Shown piece after piece: positions 1 through 11,046 of a DNA stretch of 46,066 nt. Within the stretch, counting starts at the first letter, position 1. The number at the start of each line of letters is the position of its first letter. The notes below the pieces were generated by a model. It did not search any database, was not told the origin of the DNA, and saw nothing but the letters and a program-made list of their open reading frames with translations. Source of the DNA: Parcubacteria group bacterium Gr01-1014_2 (GTDB lineage Bacteria > Patescibacteriota > Minisyncoccia > 2-02-FULL-40-12); the NCBI GenBank assembly GCA_007376425.1, contig VMGG01000001.1:1-46066 (forward strand), in the 5' to 3' direction. The translations under genes and the position numbers were made by a program.

Positions 1-3000
1 GGTCTTCTCTTTGTCGGAGAAGACAATGATGCTTCAAGCGGAGGCGTGGCTCAAAGTCTGGCTCTGGTTCAGGGTATTGTTGAAGATGTGGCTTCTACCT
101 CTTTTGATGCTGGTTTAGCTATCCAGGTTAACAAAGCCGGCACTGGTCTGTTTGAAGCCATGAGATTAACTTCAGTCGGTAATCTTGGTATTGGCACCAC
201 TAGCCCGACTTCTCTCCTTGAAACCTACACTACCAGCGGCAACTCTTTGTTCACCCTGACCGCTTCAAACAGTACTGATTCTGATGCGGCCATCGCTTTC
301 AGAATGGAATCAGCCACTACTACTCCTACCACCTTCTTTACTCTTGGCCTTGATGATTCAGACGGAGATAAATTCAAAATCTCCACCACTGGTTTAGGCA
401 CGAGTGATCGTTTGACCATAGATTCTACTGGCCTACTAACCGGCAATACTCTTCAGGTGGGTGGATTCTCTTCTGTGGCCTACTCACGATTCGGGACTGG
501 AACAACCACTCATGCCGGTTCAATCACCACAACTAATGATGTCTTAATCTCTGGTGATCTGGAGGTTGACGCTTCAACAGCTTTTGACGGTATACTTTCA
601 TTCTTTGGTGAGATTGCTCCAGACGGAGTGACTTGTTCCAACAACCAAATTCTTAAAAAGACTGGGACTGATGACTGGGATTGCGCGGCTGATGCTGGCG
701 GTTCTGTTTCTTCAAACTCTTTAGATTTTGATGAGTTTGTGAATACCATGCTCTTAGACGCTAACCTGACCATAAACAGAGGCGGTTATTATATTGGCCT
801 AGGCGCAGCCCCCTCCACAGTCTTAGAAGTCCAAGGCACGGCCTCGGCCTCTTACCTACTGACCGGCAACACTTTGCAGGTGGGGGGATTTGCTTCGGCG
901 GCGTATTCAAGGTTTGGGACTGGGACCACAAGTGAAGCTCACTATATCACTGGTTCATCTGATCTCTTCATCACCGAAGACCTTGAAGTAAACGGTTCTG
1001 TCTCTTTTGCCGGACCAGCATCAATATCCAATACTTTGTATGTATCCACGCTTGGGAATACCGGCAACGTCGGCATCGGGACGACGGCGCCCGTAGGAAA
1101 CTTAAACCTCCATGCGGCTGTTGGGAGCGATACTAGTCTCTATTTAACTGATGCCGATGTCGGGACAACTAGTAACAAATTTGGATTATTTGAAGTATTA
1201 GGTGCTACTAGTGGCGGCATGAGAATAACAGGATGGTCAGATACCAATGATGTTGGGCTTAGTTTCGTCGGTCAAATAGGCAACGGTGACACTACTGACA
1301 CAGCAATGCGATTTAGAGCTGGAGAGGGCACTGGCACTTTAGGTTCTCTTGAGCCTACCGAAATAGCTTTTCAGTTTGATAACTCAACTACTAGCTTAAT
1401 AACCATTCTTGGTTCCGGCTACGTCGGCATCGGGACGACAGGGCCTTCCACCATCTTTGAAGTCCAAGGCACGGCTTCTGCCTCCTACCTACTGACAGGG
1501 AATACTCTCCAGGTCGGAGGTTTTGCTTCGGTGGCCTATTCAAGATTCGGAACTGATACTACCGGCTATACTAATTTCATTACTACAACTAATGATCTAT
1601 TGATCTCCGGCGACTTTGAGGTAAATGCCACAGCTCAATTTGACTCGTTTGTCAGGGTTTCAAACAACAATGCCCGCGCCTTCGTCATTACCGACACTGG
1701 TGGAGCCAGAGAAGATATTTTCTTGGTAGACACGACAGCTTCTTCTTCAAACTCCGGCCTCACCATAACTGCCGGGCCTGTTCAAACCGGAGCTTTATTT
1801 GAACTCAAAAGTTCCGGTGGCACTTTGTTAACCAAATTCAGCGATGAAGGTGGACTTTTAATAAATATATCCTCTACCTCGGCTTTTATGGTCGTAAACC
1901 CCCTAAATGCAATAGCCTCAAGAGCTTTCACCATAGATACGTTAAATAATGAGACTAAAGTCTCTGGCTTAGCATCCCAAACTTTAGCATTTGAAGTATC
2001 GGGCATGGCTTCCATTTCCGGAGACCTGATTCTTGGCGCAACAAAATGGAATATCGCCGCTTCAACAAGTATTCCGGCTAGACTACCCGGCGCAGCTATT
2101 GTCGCTTATGGCGCGATATGCTCTGACGATTACGACGACACGTCAGACGACTGTCTTGATAACACTAGAAGTATGGGGAATATGTATGCTATTGCTGCTT
2201 TTAACGCTACGGTTGATGACGTGGCTGAAAATTTTCCTACCTTGGACCAATCGCTTGAGCCGGCTGACTTAGTCTCGCTCGATTACCAAGAAAAACCAGC
2301 AAGCGGTTCTTACAAATTAAATCCTGATGAAAAATTTGAATCCGAATTTGTTAAAAAAGCGGTAAAAGGCGACATAGTTCTTGGTGTTATTTCTGGAGGA
2401 CCTGGGGTCTGGCTGGGAGGATGGGGGCCTGGACATGATCCCAGATTAGTAAAAGAAGTGCCGGTTAGTCTTTCTGGCCGTATTCCAGCCAAGGTTTCTC
2501 TTGAAAACGGGCCAATAAATCAAGGAGACAGATTAACCGCTTCGTCTGTCCCGGGAATAGCCATGAAAGCCACCCAAGCCGGCATGAGTATTGGAATCGC
2601 CCTGGAACCGCTTAATAATGTTGCTTCCGGTTCATTCGGAAAAGTTCTAACCTTTGCGAATTTAACTTATTGGATACCGGCATCTAGTCAGTTTGCCATT
2701 AATCAGACGGCTTCAGGTTCAACTAATATTACCCAGAATAGTTCGACCATATTTGATCTGGACACAGTTTTTAACTATATAGTCCAAAAATTCAGTGACG
2801 CAATGAATATCGTGATTCAAAACGGCTTATTGAAAGTTGCCCAAATAATTGTCAATAACCTTACGGCTGGAGAAGTCACTGCTGGGAAATTGTGTCTTGG
2901 TTCGACGTGTGTTACTGAACAGGAGCTAAAGGCCTTGCTTCAGCAGAATGGAATCCAAAATGTTCCTCCGCCAAGCCCATCGCCATCCGCTGCCCCTTCT

Positions 3001-3255
3001 CCCAGTCCAGATCCGAACTCGAATTTAACACCTACTCCAAGTCCATCTCCTTCGCCAGATCCAAGTTCAACTCCTTTGCCGACCCTAAGCCCGACACCAA
3101 CACCTAGTCTAACTCCAACACCGACCCCTTCGACAAGCTCAGGGCAAGCAACGCCAACACCAACGCCGATCCCAAGCCCTACTCCTGATCCCACACCTGA
3201 AACCCAGCTCTCTCCCCAGCCAACACCTGATCCAAATTTAACTTTGACGCCGTAA
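1..3255 (+). CDS. Giant secreted/surface repeat protein, probably 5'-partial
   Basis: The track ORF 46..3255 starts at GTG, but frame 1 has no stop back to nt 1. Composition is Gly/Thr/Ser-rich and beta-type. The module LLTGNTLQVGGF[AS]S[AV]AYSRFGT occurs three times. The C-terminal block VGVISGGPGVWLGGWG...VPVSLSGRIPAKV...GDRLTAS weakly recalls the self-cleaving chaperone end of phage tail-spike-like proteins. The last ~95 aa are PSPSP/PTPTP low complexity. Confidence 0.8.
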   Translation, partial: GLLFVGEDNDASSGGVAQSLALVQGIVEDVASTSFDAGLAIQVNKAGTGLFEAMRLTSVGNLGIGTTSPTSLLETYTTSGNSLFTLTASNSTDSDAAIAFRMESATTTPTTFFTLGLDDSDGDKFKISTTGLGTSDRLTIDSTGLLTGNTLQVGGFSSVAYSRFGTGTTTHAGSITTTNDVLISGDLEVDASTAFDGILSFFGEIAPDGVTCSNNQILKKTGTDDWDCAADAGGSVSSNSLDFDEFVNTMLLDANLTINRGGYYIGLGAAPSTVLEVQGTASASYLLTGNTLQVGGFASAAYSRFGTGTTSEAHYITGSSDLFITEDLEVNGSVSFAGPASISNTLYVSTLGNTGNVGIGTTAPVGNLNLHAAVGSDTSLYLTDADVGTTSNKFGLFEVLGATSGGMRITGWSDTNDVGLSFVGQIGNGDTTDTAMRFRAGEGTGTLGSLEPTEIAFQFDNSTTSLITILGSGYVGIGTTGPSTIFEVQGTASASYLLTGNTLQVGGFASVAYSRFGTDTTGYTNFITTTNDLLISGDFEVNATAQFDSFVRVSNNNARAFVITDTGGAREDIFLVDTTASSSNSGLTITAGPVQTGALFELKSSGGTLLTKFSDEGGLLINISSTSAFMVVNPLNAIASRAFTIDTLNNETKVSGLASQTLAFEVSGMASISGDLILGATKWNIAASTSIPARLPGAAIVAYGAICSDDYDDTSDDCLDNTRSMGNMYAIAAFNATVDDVAENFPTLDQSLEPADLVSLDYQEKPASGSYKLNPDEKFESEFVKKAVKGDIVLGVISGGPGVWLGGWGPGHDPRLVKEVPVSLSGRIPAKVSLENGPINQGDRLTASSVPGIAMKATQAGMSIGIALEPLNNVASGSFGKVLTFANLTYWIPASSQFAINQTASGSTNITQNSSTIFDLDTVFNYIVQKFSDAMNIVIQNGLLKVAQIIVNNLTAGEVTAGKLCLGSTCVTEQELKALLQQNGIQNVPPPSPSPSAAPSPSPDPNSNLTPTPSPSPSPDPSSTPLPTLSPTPTPSLTPTPTPSTSSGQATPTPTPIPSPTPDPTPETQLSPQPTPDPNLTLTP
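433..1580 (+). repeat. Three copies of a ~110-nt coding module inside the first surface protein
   Basis: Copies start near 433, 815 and 1452. Copies 2 and 3 share gaagtccaaggcacggc...tacctactgac...caggt...tttgcttcgg...tattcaag with scattered substitutions of all types. Confidence 0.8.
2965..3252 (+). repeat. Pro/Ser/Thr low-complexity linker coding tract
   Basis: Translation is PPPSPSPSAAPSPSPDP...TPTPTPSLTPTPTPS...PTPDP. The nucleotide sequence is periodic in cc[a-t]ac[a-t]. Confidence 0.9.
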
Positions 3256-3264
3256 TAATCGTTT

Positions 3265-5070
3265 ATGCCAAGACAAAAAACAAAATTTAAAATATTGACC
3301 GCAGGCGCAGTAATCAGTGTTTTGTCTATCTTTATGTTTCAATCAAGTCCAGAAAAAAAGAATGGCAATTATACCAGCCTAGTTTCAGAGCCGTTGATTT
3401 TAGATAATCAGCAAATCGAGTTTTCGCACACGGACGACAATGAAGACGAAACATTGATTATAAAAACAGATAAAAAACATTATGCTGGTCAATCCTGGGC
3501 CGATATTTATATTAGCATCACCAATACTACAAACACGCCCCAGAAATCAGCCATCTTATTTTATTTTCTCAAGGACAAAAACAAAGATAACATGGTTACA
3601 ATAGAGCAAAGAAAAAATAATGAGTGGCGATATCTGACTTTTTTCAAAGATAATATAAAGATTGACTCATCTGCTCTTTCAGCTGCAATTAAGAAAAGAG
3701 AAACAATTCCCAATACTTTTGAAATAAGATCAGGAACCCAGCTCGATATTCCGGCAAATGGAACTACTTATCTTTTGGCAAGATTGGAGTATACACCGAA
3801 TACCGGAGGAGAGTTTTGGGTAGAAGCTCTGGGAGACGACGGCGCTTATGGCTTACTTGACCCGGTATATGGCACTTCAGCCAGTTCAGATACCAAGCCG
3901 GGATGGTTTGGGAAAAGCGGAACCGTCTGGACCAATAGAAAAAGAATAACCATTGACCATTTCGACGTTGTCGGCTCATCAAGTTTTGGCGATTTCCCGG
4001 TATTAATCAACTTGGTTGATAATGACCTGAAACATACTAATAATGCAGGGAAAGTAGCTTCAGCCAGCGGCGGAGACATAGTTTTTACCTCATCTGGCGG
4101 GACCACTCAACTTGACCACGAAATTGAAGGCTATGATCCGGCAACCGGTGAGTTAATAGCTTGGGTAAGAGTACCTACATTAAGCACAACAGCAGACACG
4201 GTTTTATACATATATTATGGCGGTTCAGCAACCGGCCAAGGCCAACAAAACCCGACAGGTGTTTGGGATGGAAATTTCCAGCAGGTTTATCATTTGGATC
4301 AGGATCCTTCCGTGACTACTGATGGCGATTGCGCCGGCAGTACTTTTGAGGTATGCGATTCAACTTCTAATAACCGAGATGGCGACATGAATGGAGCCAT
4401 GACGACTTCAGACAAAGTTCAAGGTGTCGTTAGCAAGAGTTTGGATTTTGACGGAAGCAACGACTATATAGATACAAATTATGGGCCTAATCTTGCGGGA
4501 AACAGTTTTACGGTTTCCATGTGGTTTAAAACACCGACTAAGGTCGCGGGCGGATTTATTATGTTTGGTAGCACTGCCGATACCGGCACCCAAGATGAAT
4601 CAATGAGTATAGGTTTTTCTTCTGCTTCTTGCACGGTTGGTCAATTACTATTTAGTGTAAGAGATACAGATTCAACCAGCAATGATACTCTGTGTGCAAG
4701 TAGAGTAGATGATTCTGCCTGGTATCACGTGGCCGTAGTCCATAACCCGTCCGGAAACAATACTATGTATCTTAACGGAACTATCCATCAATCAGCAGCC
4801 GTAACCGCAAATAGCAGCGGCTCAAAGGATTTTACGAGCTATGATTTCTTTTTAGGTGGGAATAACGGCCGAGGCACAGCCGGAGACTTTATAAGCGCCG
4901 TTGTTGATGAACTTCATTTTTCAACCGGAATGCGCTCAAGCGATTGGATTGAAACTGAATATAATAACCAAAAATCACCAAAGACGTTTTATTCAGTGGG
5001 AGGCCAGGAATCATTTTCCCAATCAGGCGGGCCGGGGTTAAAAATAAGGGGCGGGGTCCAATTTAGATAA
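3265..5070 (+). CDS. Secreted protein with a DUF2341-like domain followed by a LamG/concanavalin-A-type lectin domain
   Basis: It has an N-terminal TM/signal (KILTAGAVISVLSIFMF). The stretch WTNRKRITIDH...FPVLINL...GGDIVFTS...LDHEIEGYDPATGELIAWVRVPTLS...TVLYIYYG matches the DUF2341 pattern as I recall it. The stretch LDFDGSNDYIDT...FTVSMWFK...WYHVAVV...MYLNG...VDELHF is LamG-like. Confidence 0.75.
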   Translation: MPRQKTKFKILTAGAVISVLSIFMFQSSPEKKNGNYTSLVSEPLILDNQQIEFSHTDDNEDETLIIKTDKKHYAGQSWADIYISITNTTNTPQKSAILFYFLKDKNKDNMVTIEQRKNNEWRYLTFFKDNIKIDSSALSAAIKKRETIPNTFEIRSGTQLDIPANGTTYLLARLEYTPNTGGEFWVEALGDDGAYGLLDPVYGTSASSDTKPGWFGKSGTVWTNRKRITIDHFDVVGSSSFGDFPVLINLVDNDLKHTNNAGKVASASGGDIVFTSSGGTTQLDHEIEGYDPATGELIAWVRVPTLSTTADTVLYIYYGGSATGQGQQNPTGVWDGNFQQVYHLDQDPSVTTDGDCAGSTFEVCDSTSNNRDGDMNGAMTTSDKVQGVVSKSLDFDGSNDYIDTNYGPNLAGNSFTVSMWFKTPTKVAGGFIMFGSTADTGTQDESMSIGFSSASCTVGQLLFSVRDTDSTSNDTLCASRVDDSAWYHVAVVHNPSGNNTMYLNGTIHQSAAVTANSSGSKDFTSYDFFLGGNNGRGTAGDFISAVVDELHFSTGMRSSDWIETEYNNQKSPKTFYSVGGQESFSQSGGPGLKIRGGVQFR

Positions 5071-5160
5071 ACTTATTTCTAACACGTGGAGTGGAAAAAA
5101 TAACAAAAAATTATTAAAAAAAATACCCACTCATATTGACTCTGGCATATATTTTATTCT

Positions 5161-8100
5161 TTGATAAAATTAATGAAAATGAAAATGTTCAGGACACTAA
5201 ATAATTCTTTAGGTTTTTTATGCTATAGATATGCTGTCAAGCCGACACTTGTCATCTTTTTACTTTTATTAACCCTGATTACTTTAGATACTTACATATC
5301 ATCAACCTCGCAATTAACTCTTGCCCAAGTCTCTTGGACTCCGCCCATCGGCATCCCTATTCCGTCATTTGGTATTGAAGAGACTATCAGCGATAGCGTC
5401 TATACTCACTGGATAGATAATTCTGGTACCTGTTCTGATTCAAGCAATGGTACGCCAGCTAATCCAAGATGCACTATCCCAATAACTTTAGCCGCCGGCT
5501 CAATTATTCAAATACGCGGTATCTCCTATACTCTTCCCGGCGCTAATCCAACATTTACCGGGAACGGCACAATCTCCCAACCCGTGTTCCTGCGAGGACC
5601 TAGCACCGGACAAAAACCCAAGCTCATCAATACCAGCGATTCTAAGTTCTTTAATGGCAGTTACTTCATCGTTGAGAATATTGATATTGACCGTGGCACT
5701 ACGACAGGCAATCACATAGTCATCCGTAACAGTGAGGTACATGATCATCCATATCGCAACGGCATCACCGTCGGCGGCCAAGACATCGTTATTTACAACA
5801 ACTCCATCCACCATACAGGCAATCAGGTTGTTCCTGATGATAGGCATGGCGTAACCGTAACTTCAAGTGCTCAACGAATCTGGATTGTCGACAATGAAAT
5901 CTATAAATCCTCTGGCGACGGCATCCAATTCTGCCATGCCTGTCCGGAGCCTGGCCCTCAATATGTATACATTGGAAGAAATAAAATCCACGACAATGTG
6001 GAAAATGCGGTGGACTTCAAGACGTCACAGCATGTGGTAGTGTCGCAGAACGAGATGTACGGCCACAGGCCAACTTCGGCAGGCACAACCAGTTCTGATG
6101 GAACGGCTGCGTTAATCGGCAGTAATGGTCTAGCCGATGCGGCGGTGGATATCTGGATTATCTTTAATGACATCTATAACAACGGGCCGGGTATTCGGGT
6201 TGAAGCCTCGGCGAATGCTGGCGGGACTGCCGGACCAGCTTATCTCATTGGCAATCTCATCCGTAATAGTTCCGCGGCCGCGTTTAAGTTCGAGAAATCC
6301 GGCAACCCCATCCATATCTACGGGAATACGGTTTACGATACTGATACAGCCATTAATGCGGACTGGCGAGATCAGTTTTCGTTCCGTATTTATAATAATA
6401 TCTTTGCCAATCTCCGGGGCCAGCAATTCGGGAATCACATTAATATTGAACCTTCGCCGATCGGCCAAAATTCTATCATGAGTCAAAATCTTTTCTGGCA
6501 AAACGGCGGCCCGGTAACCATTAACTGGGGCGGAACATCCTCTACTTATACCTCAACGGCCGGACTGGCAGGATTCTCCGGAGGCGCGAATAATATTATT
6601 TCAGATCCAAAGTTTAACAATCCGGGCATTGATTTCCATCTTCAGTCGAGTAGCCCGGCCATTGATTCTGCCAATTACGGTCTCTTCGACTATGCCGCAA
6701 CCTTCTGCCAAACATTCGGAGCTTTTATTTCTAATTGTCTGAACTCTGTCAAAATGGATTTTGAAAAGAATGTCCGTCCCCAAGGCGCAGGCTGGGATAG
6801 AGGCGCTTTTGAATTTGGTGGAACTCCAACCACCACTCTAACCCCTACACCTAGTCCCACTCCTAGTTCCACCCCAACACCTACCCCAACACCTACCCCA
6901 ACTCTCACTCCGACACCAACTCCTACTTCTATGCCGACACCCACTCCTACACCAACGCCTACACCGACTCCTACACCCACCCCAACCCCAACGCCACCAC
7001 CAACTTTTAATGTTGGTAATCGCATTCGTCTGCTCAACAACGCTAATGTCCGTACACAAGGCATTATATCTTCTGCCACCCTCCTCGGAACTCAACCTCA
7101 AGGAACATTAGGCACTATCGTTCTAGGTCCTACCCAATCTTCTGCTAATCCTTACATTTGGTGGCAGGTCGATTATGATAGTGGAGTAGATGGTTGGACC
7201 GCGGATGATAATTTTGCTTTAGTATCTCCCACTCCTACCCCTACTCCTTCACCAACACTTACTCCTTCACCAACTCCGACTCCGACTCCGACCCCAACCC
7301 CAACTTCAATTCCTACACCCACCCCAACCCCAACTTCAACACCAGCCCCGACACCGACACCAGACACGATTAAACCAAGCATCACCTCTTGGGATGTTCA
7401 ACCAAGAAGCGGAACTGGTTCTGTCACCATTTCCTGGACCGTTACAGACGCCGGAGGGTCTTTTATCAAAGAAATTGAGGTCAAGCGGGCTGTTTTTCAA
7501 GACAACGGATGCAACGACTCCGATAAATCAAAATGCATTTGGATCAACATCAGAACAATAAATGTCCAGCCGCCAACCTACTTTTATGGTCTCCACGCTA
7601 TCGATGGCGCAGGCAACATAGCCGTTGAACCAGCTCCAATAAAAGTTTTCGCAATCGGTTCTTCTCCAGCCCCTACCCCTACCCCAACACCAACTTCTAT
7701 TCCAACGCCAGCTCCCACTCCAACTCCAGCGCCACCTGGAGGTGGCGGCGGTGGCGGTGGTAGCGGTGGTGGTGGTGGCGGCACTTCATTCCCCACACCT
7801 CTATCTACTCCCATCCCAATCCCAATTCCCGCTCCTAGCTCTGGCGCCCTGCCTCTTAACTTCAATTCTCTTTCTCCAGCTGAAAAAATTACTACTCTTC
7901 AAAACATCATCAGCCAACTTACTACTCAAATCAATAAACTCTTAAGACAGACCGGGCAACTGCCCATCACTGGAAAATGTATCTTTACCAGAGATCTTTT
8001 CTTAAACAGTGCTGGAGAAGATGTCAGATGCTTACAGAAGTTCCTTAATGCTGGAGGATTTACCTTGGCTGTTTCAGGACCTGGTTCTCCCGGAAATGAA

Positions 8101-8229
8101 ACTACTTACTTTGGACCAATAACCAAACAGACAGTAATCAGGTGGCAAGCGGCCAATGGAGTGGCCCCGGCCTTAGGATACTTTGGGTTGAAGTCAAGGA
8201 CGAAATACCAAAACCTGATCGGAAATTAA
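5161..8229 (+). CDS. Right-handed beta-helix surface protein with PT linkers, SH3-like and Ig/FN3-like inserts and a C-terminal peptidoglycan-binding domain
   Basis: The track start is TTG at 5161, with ATG options at 5173, 5179 and 5185. There is an N-terminal TM. Repeated turns such as [40 protein letters not shown] and [10 protein letters not shown] resemble pectate-lyase-fold PbH1 repeats. The C-terminus [12 protein letters not shown]...[19 protein letters not shown] resembles PG_binding_1. Confidence 0.8.
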   Translation: MIKLMKMKMFRTLNNSLGFLCYRYAVKPTLVIFLLLLTLITLDTYISSTSQLTLAQVSWTPPIGIPIPSFGIEETISDSVYTHWIDNSGTCSDSSNGTPANPRCTIPITLAAGSIIQIRGISYTLPGANPTFTGNGTISQPVFLRGPSTGQKPKLINTSDSKFFNGSYFIVENIDIDRGTTTGNHIVIRNSEVHDHPYRNGITVGGQDIVIYNNSIHHTGNQVVPDDRHGVTVTSSAQRIWIVDNEIYKSSGDGIQFCHACPEPGPQYVYIGRNKIHDNVENAVDFKTSQHVVVSQNEMYGHRPTSAGTTSSDGTAALIGSNGLADAAVDIWIIFNDIYNNGPGIRVEASANAGGTAGPAYLIGNLIRNSSAAAFKFEKSGNPIHIYGNTVYDTDTAINADWRDQFSFRIYNNIFANLRGQQFGNHINIEPSPIGQNSIMSQNLFWQNGGPVTINWGGTSSTYTSTAGLAGFSGGANNIISDPKFNNPGIDFHLQSSSPAIDSANYGLFDYAATFCQTFGAFISNCLNSVKMDFEKNVRPQGAGWDRGAFEFGGTPTTTLTPTPSPTPSSTPTPTPTPTPTLTPTPTPTSMPTPTPTPTPTPTPTPTPTPTPPPTFNVGNRIRLLNNANVRTQGIISSATLLGTQPQGTLGTIVLGPTQSSANPYIWWQVDYDSGVDGWTADDNFALVSPTPTPTPSPTLTPSPTPTPTPTPTPTSIPTPTPTPTSTPAPTPTPDTIKPSITSWDVQPRSGTGSVTISWTVTDAGGSFIKEIEVKRAVFQDNGCNDSDKSKCIWINIRTINVQPPTYFYGLHAIDGAGNIAVEPAPIKVFAIGSSPAPTPTPTPTSIPTPAPTPTPAPPGGGGGGGGSGGGGGGTSFPTPLSTPIPIPIPAPSSGALPLNFNSLSPAEKITTLQNIISQLTTQINKLLRQTGQLPITGKCIFTRDLFLNSAGEDVRCLQKFLNAGGFTLAVSGPGSPGNETTYFGPITKQTVIRWQAANGVAPALGYFGLKSRTKYQNLIGN
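6825..7785 (+). repeat. Three Pro-Thr linker tracts plus a poly-Gly tract inside the beta-helix protein
   Basis: PT tracts lie at about 6825-7002, 7225-7365 and 7660-7735. [16 protein letters not shown] tract lies at about 7736-7785 (ggtggcggcggtggcggtggtagc...). Confidence 0.9.
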
Positions 8230-8256
8230 GCCAAGAGACTCTTTGAGAACCCCAAT

Positions 8257-8673
8257 ATGAAATTAGCAATTTTATTTTTGATTCTGGTTTTCTTGATAGA
8301 TATGCTCGGTTTTTATATTGGTTCCTACCGTATCCCTGCTTATGATGTGGTTTTGCATTTCTTTGGAGGGTTTTTCGTGGCCATGTTTTTCGGCCACTAT
8401 TTCAAAAATGTGATCACCGGAAATCCGGGCGACCCGAAATTAAAAAAAGCATTTATCATCGTAAGCGCGGCGATATTCGTCGGAGCAATGTGGGAAATTA
8501 CAGAATACATATCTACTGAAATATTCGGAAATTATTTATATGAAACTTATCGGATAGTCTGCTGCATCGGAAATTTAAACGACACGATCATCGACTTGGC
8601 CTTAGACCTCACCGGCGCCATCACATTCGTTTTGGCGTTTCGAGACCCAAATAAATATAACCTCAAAGTTTAA
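8257..8673 (+). CDS. Small polytopic membrane protein (family uncertain)
   Basis: 138 aa with about 4 hydrophobic helices. I do not recognise a catalytic motif. Confidence 0.6.
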   Translation: MKLAILFLILVFLIDMLGFYIGSYRIPAYDVVLHFFGGFFVAMFFGHYFKNVITGNPGDPKLKKAFIIVSAAIFVGAMWEITEYISTEIFGNYLYETYRIVCCIGNLNDTIIDLALDLTGAITFVLAFRDPNKYNLKV

Positions 8674-8691
8674 AAGTTCAAGAGTTTAAAT

Positions 8692-9162
8692 TTAAATCTT
8701 ATTTTTAAGGAACCCCCGTTCATCTTCAGTGAGATTTTGTTCTTCTAAAAACTTTTTCCATTCTGGATCCTTTCTATTTTCTTTTTTGTACTGCAACCCC
8801 TTAAACCCTGAAACCTTTAAACTTTTGATTAAACCTGAAATCAATATTGAACATCGTCTACATAAATTATTTAAGTGTTTAAAAGTTTCATCGTTTAAAT
8901 ACCCGACATCCAAAGCCACATACAACTGCGCTCTTACCTCTCCGGCCGAACCTTTGGCGATATAAAGATAATTAAGAAATTCTTGATTAGTGCCTCGTTC
9001 AAACCCTTCGGCGATATTAGACATAACCGAAACTGTAGCACGTTGAATCTGGTCTTTGAAACCGTAATCTTTTAAATACTTGAATTCTTTGTATATCTCT
9101 TTAGTCAGTTCTCGTGCCATCTGCCAACAAACCAAATCTTCGAAAGATTTTATTGTAGCCAT
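8692..9162 (-). CDS. Four-helix-bundle protein (23S rRNA intervening-sequence protein family)
   Basis: FEDLVCWQMARELTKEIY...DQIQRATVSVMSNIAEGFERGTNQEFLNYLYIAKGSAGEVRAQL is the classic signature of this family. Confidence 0.8.
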   Translation of the reverse strand: MATIKSFEDLVCWQMARELTKEIYKEFKYLKDYGFKDQIQRATVSVMSNIAEGFERGTNQEFLNYLYIAKGSAGEVRAQLYVALDVGYLNDETFKHLNNLCRRCSILISGLIKSLKVSGFKGLQYKKENRKDPEWKKFLEEQNLTEDERGFLKNKI

Positions 9163-9165
9163 AAA

Positions 9166-10974
9166 TTAAATTCTCTCTGGTGCTTCTATCCCAAGCAAAT
9201 TCAAGCCATTTTTAAGTACGGCGGCAATGGTTTCAACTAATAAGAGCCGCGCATTACGTTCTGGTCTTTTACTGTAATCACTTAACTTTTCTACTGTTTC
9301 GTAATAGTGATTAGCCCTAGAAGACAACTCGTAAAGATACAAGGCCAAATTATTCGTTGAATAAAGTTTTGCTGAATTCGATATAATATCTGGAAAATCC
9401 AGAAGTTGTTTAATAATTCTCAATTCTTGCTCGCTCTTTAATTCTGATATATTTATTTTTGCAAATCTGCGGCCGATCCAATTGGGCATAATATACCATC
9501 TAAAACTTCTGAGTCGTAAAGGAGGAAACCATTTGCTTTTCCGCATTATACTTTTCAAACGGGCATATGTATATTGCAAGTAAGGCCCGGTATTCCCTAT
9601 AGGTTTAAGTATTTCATCCCAATTAAATACAATATCGCTATTTCTATGCTCTTTTAAAACAAAATATTTTAATCCGCCGATGCCTACTACTTTTGGAATT
9701 TCTTCTTTTTGAACCTCTGAATATTCTTTATTGCTTTCTTCTATTTTCTTTCTTGATTTTTCTATCGCTTCTTTAACTAATTCCATCATATGAATAGCTT
9801 TTCCTTCGCGACTGGATAATTTTTTCCTATCTTCTCCCAGAACTAAACCGAATTTTACATGGTCCAATTTTGTTTTATCTAAATTCAAAATCTTAGAAAT
9901 CGCTAAAAGCTGTTGAAAATGTAAAGACTGCTCATTGCCGACTACATAAAGAATCTTTGATGGCTTATACTTTGAAATTCTATATTTTAAATTTGCGATA
10001 TCGCGAGTTAAATATAAACTCGTGGCATCTGATTTCTGGATTAAGGCTGGCGATAAATTAAATTTTTCTAAATCAATTATAATAGCTCCTTCACTTTTTT
10101 TTGCAATGCCTTTATCTAATAATTCTGAAACTAATGGTTTTAAATCTTTTTCAAAAAAACTTTCGCTAATTATAGTATCAAATTTAACCTCCAAAATTTG
10201 ATAAATTTTATTAAATTCTTTTATTGATTCGATTCTGAACCATTCCCATAAAATCCTGTTCTTTTTATCTCCTTCCTCAAGTTTTTTAAATTCCTGCCGG
10301 CCTTTTTCCCCTAGTTCTGGGTTATTTTTCATTTCATCATGGAATTTTACATAAAGCTTATTCAACGTCTCAATCGGATTTTTTTCAACTTTTTCTCTAT
10401 CACCCCATAATTTGTACGCGGCGATTAAATTTCCAAACTGCGTTCCCCAATCACCTAAATAATTCCATCTAATGACTTTATAACCCAGATATTTATAAGT
10501 ATTTGCCAATGTATCTCCAATAAAAGTTGAGCGCATATGACCAACATGCATGACCTTAGCAATGTTAGGTTGAGAATATTCTATGATTACAGTTTGTTTT
10601 CTACCCAAATTACCGCGACCCCAGTTTCTTTTATTTTTGTAAATCGATTTTAACTGTTGCTGTAAAAAACTAGGCTCTAAATAAAAATTGATGAATCCGT
10701 TTTTAGCAACTTCTATTTTTTCAAATTCTTTGCTGAATTCTTTTTTTAGTTTCCCGATGACTTCTTCAACGATTTTTTTAATATTAGGCCCTAAAACGTC
10801 TGGTTTATCCAGACGTTCGGGCGACAAATTCGCTCCGCGAATTTGTTTAGCCAAAATAAAAGCGATATTAGTTGAATAGTCGCCAAGGCCTTCTGGGGGG
10901 TAAAAGACATCGAAATCAAGATTGGGATACTCCTGTTTTAAAAATTTGAATACTTGTTCTTTCATTAGTATCAT
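9166..10974 (-). CDS. argS: Arginine--tRNA ligase
   Basis: It has the class-I HIGH-type motif MHVGHMRSTFIGD, the GDWGTQFG block and a C-terminal DALR-like end (YLYELSSRANHYY). An alternative ATG lies 3 codons in (10965). Confidence 0.9.
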   Translation of the reverse strand: MILMKEQVFKFLKQEYPNLDFDVFYPPEGLGDYSTNIAFILAKQIRGANLSPERLDKPDVLGPNIKKIVEEVIGKLKKEFSKEFEKIEVAKNGFINFYLEPSFLQQQLKSIYKNKRNWGRGNLGRKQTVIIEYSQPNIAKVMHVGHMRSTFIGDTLANTYKYLGYKVIRWNYLGDWGTQFGNLIAAYKLWGDREKVEKNPIETLNKLYVKFHDEMKNNPELGEKGRQEFKKLEEGDKKNRILWEWFRIESIKEFNKIYQILEVKFDTIISESFFEKDLKPLVSELLDKGIAKKSEGAIIIDLEKFNLSPALIQKSDATSLYLTRDIANLKYRISKYKPSKILYVVGNEQSLHFQQLLAISKILNLDKTKLDHVKFGLVLGEDRKKLSSREGKAIHMMELVKEAIEKSRKKIEESNKEYSEVQKEEIPKVVGIGGLKYFVLKEHRNSDIVFNWDEILKPIGNTGPYLQYTYARLKSIMRKSKWFPPLRLRSFRWYIMPNWIGRRFAKINISELKSEQELRIIKQLLDFPDIISNSAKLYSTNNLALYLYELSSRANHYYETVEKLSDYSKRPERNARLLLVETIAAVLKNGLNLLGIEAPERI

Positions 10975-11046
10975 TAGTATAATTCGTATATTGGTATCGA
11001 TACTAATATACTAATTAATGCTAATTATACCAATTATAAAGAAATT

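Noticed and set aside
433-1580. The repeated ~110-nt modules in the first protein as template/variable repeats of a diversity-generating retroelement.
   Set aside because: Mismatches between copies involve all base types rather than adenine-specific changes. No reverse transcriptase gene is present in the window.
2940-3194. Antisense ORF encoding GVGVGLG-type repeats. Similar ORFs lie at 6690..7079, 6838..7101, 7173..7385 and 7584..7865.
   Set aside because: These are mirror images of the Pro/Thr and poly-Gly linker tracts of the sense-strand surface proteins. They are low-complexity artefacts with no start context.
6825-7785. Periodic short repeats that could be mistaken for a CRISPR array or a minisatellite.
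   Set aside because: The period is 6 nt (Pro-Thr codons), there are no unique spacers, and the tracts lie entirely inside a long ORF with a sensible translation.
10964-11015. AT-rich inverted repeats (attagtat / atactaat) and the 10-bp palindrome gtatcgatac in the argS-htrA divergent spacer, as a possible operator.
   Set aside because: They are short, AT-rich and imperfect, so they are within what chance produces in a ~25% GC spacer. They are noted only as a possible shared promoter region.
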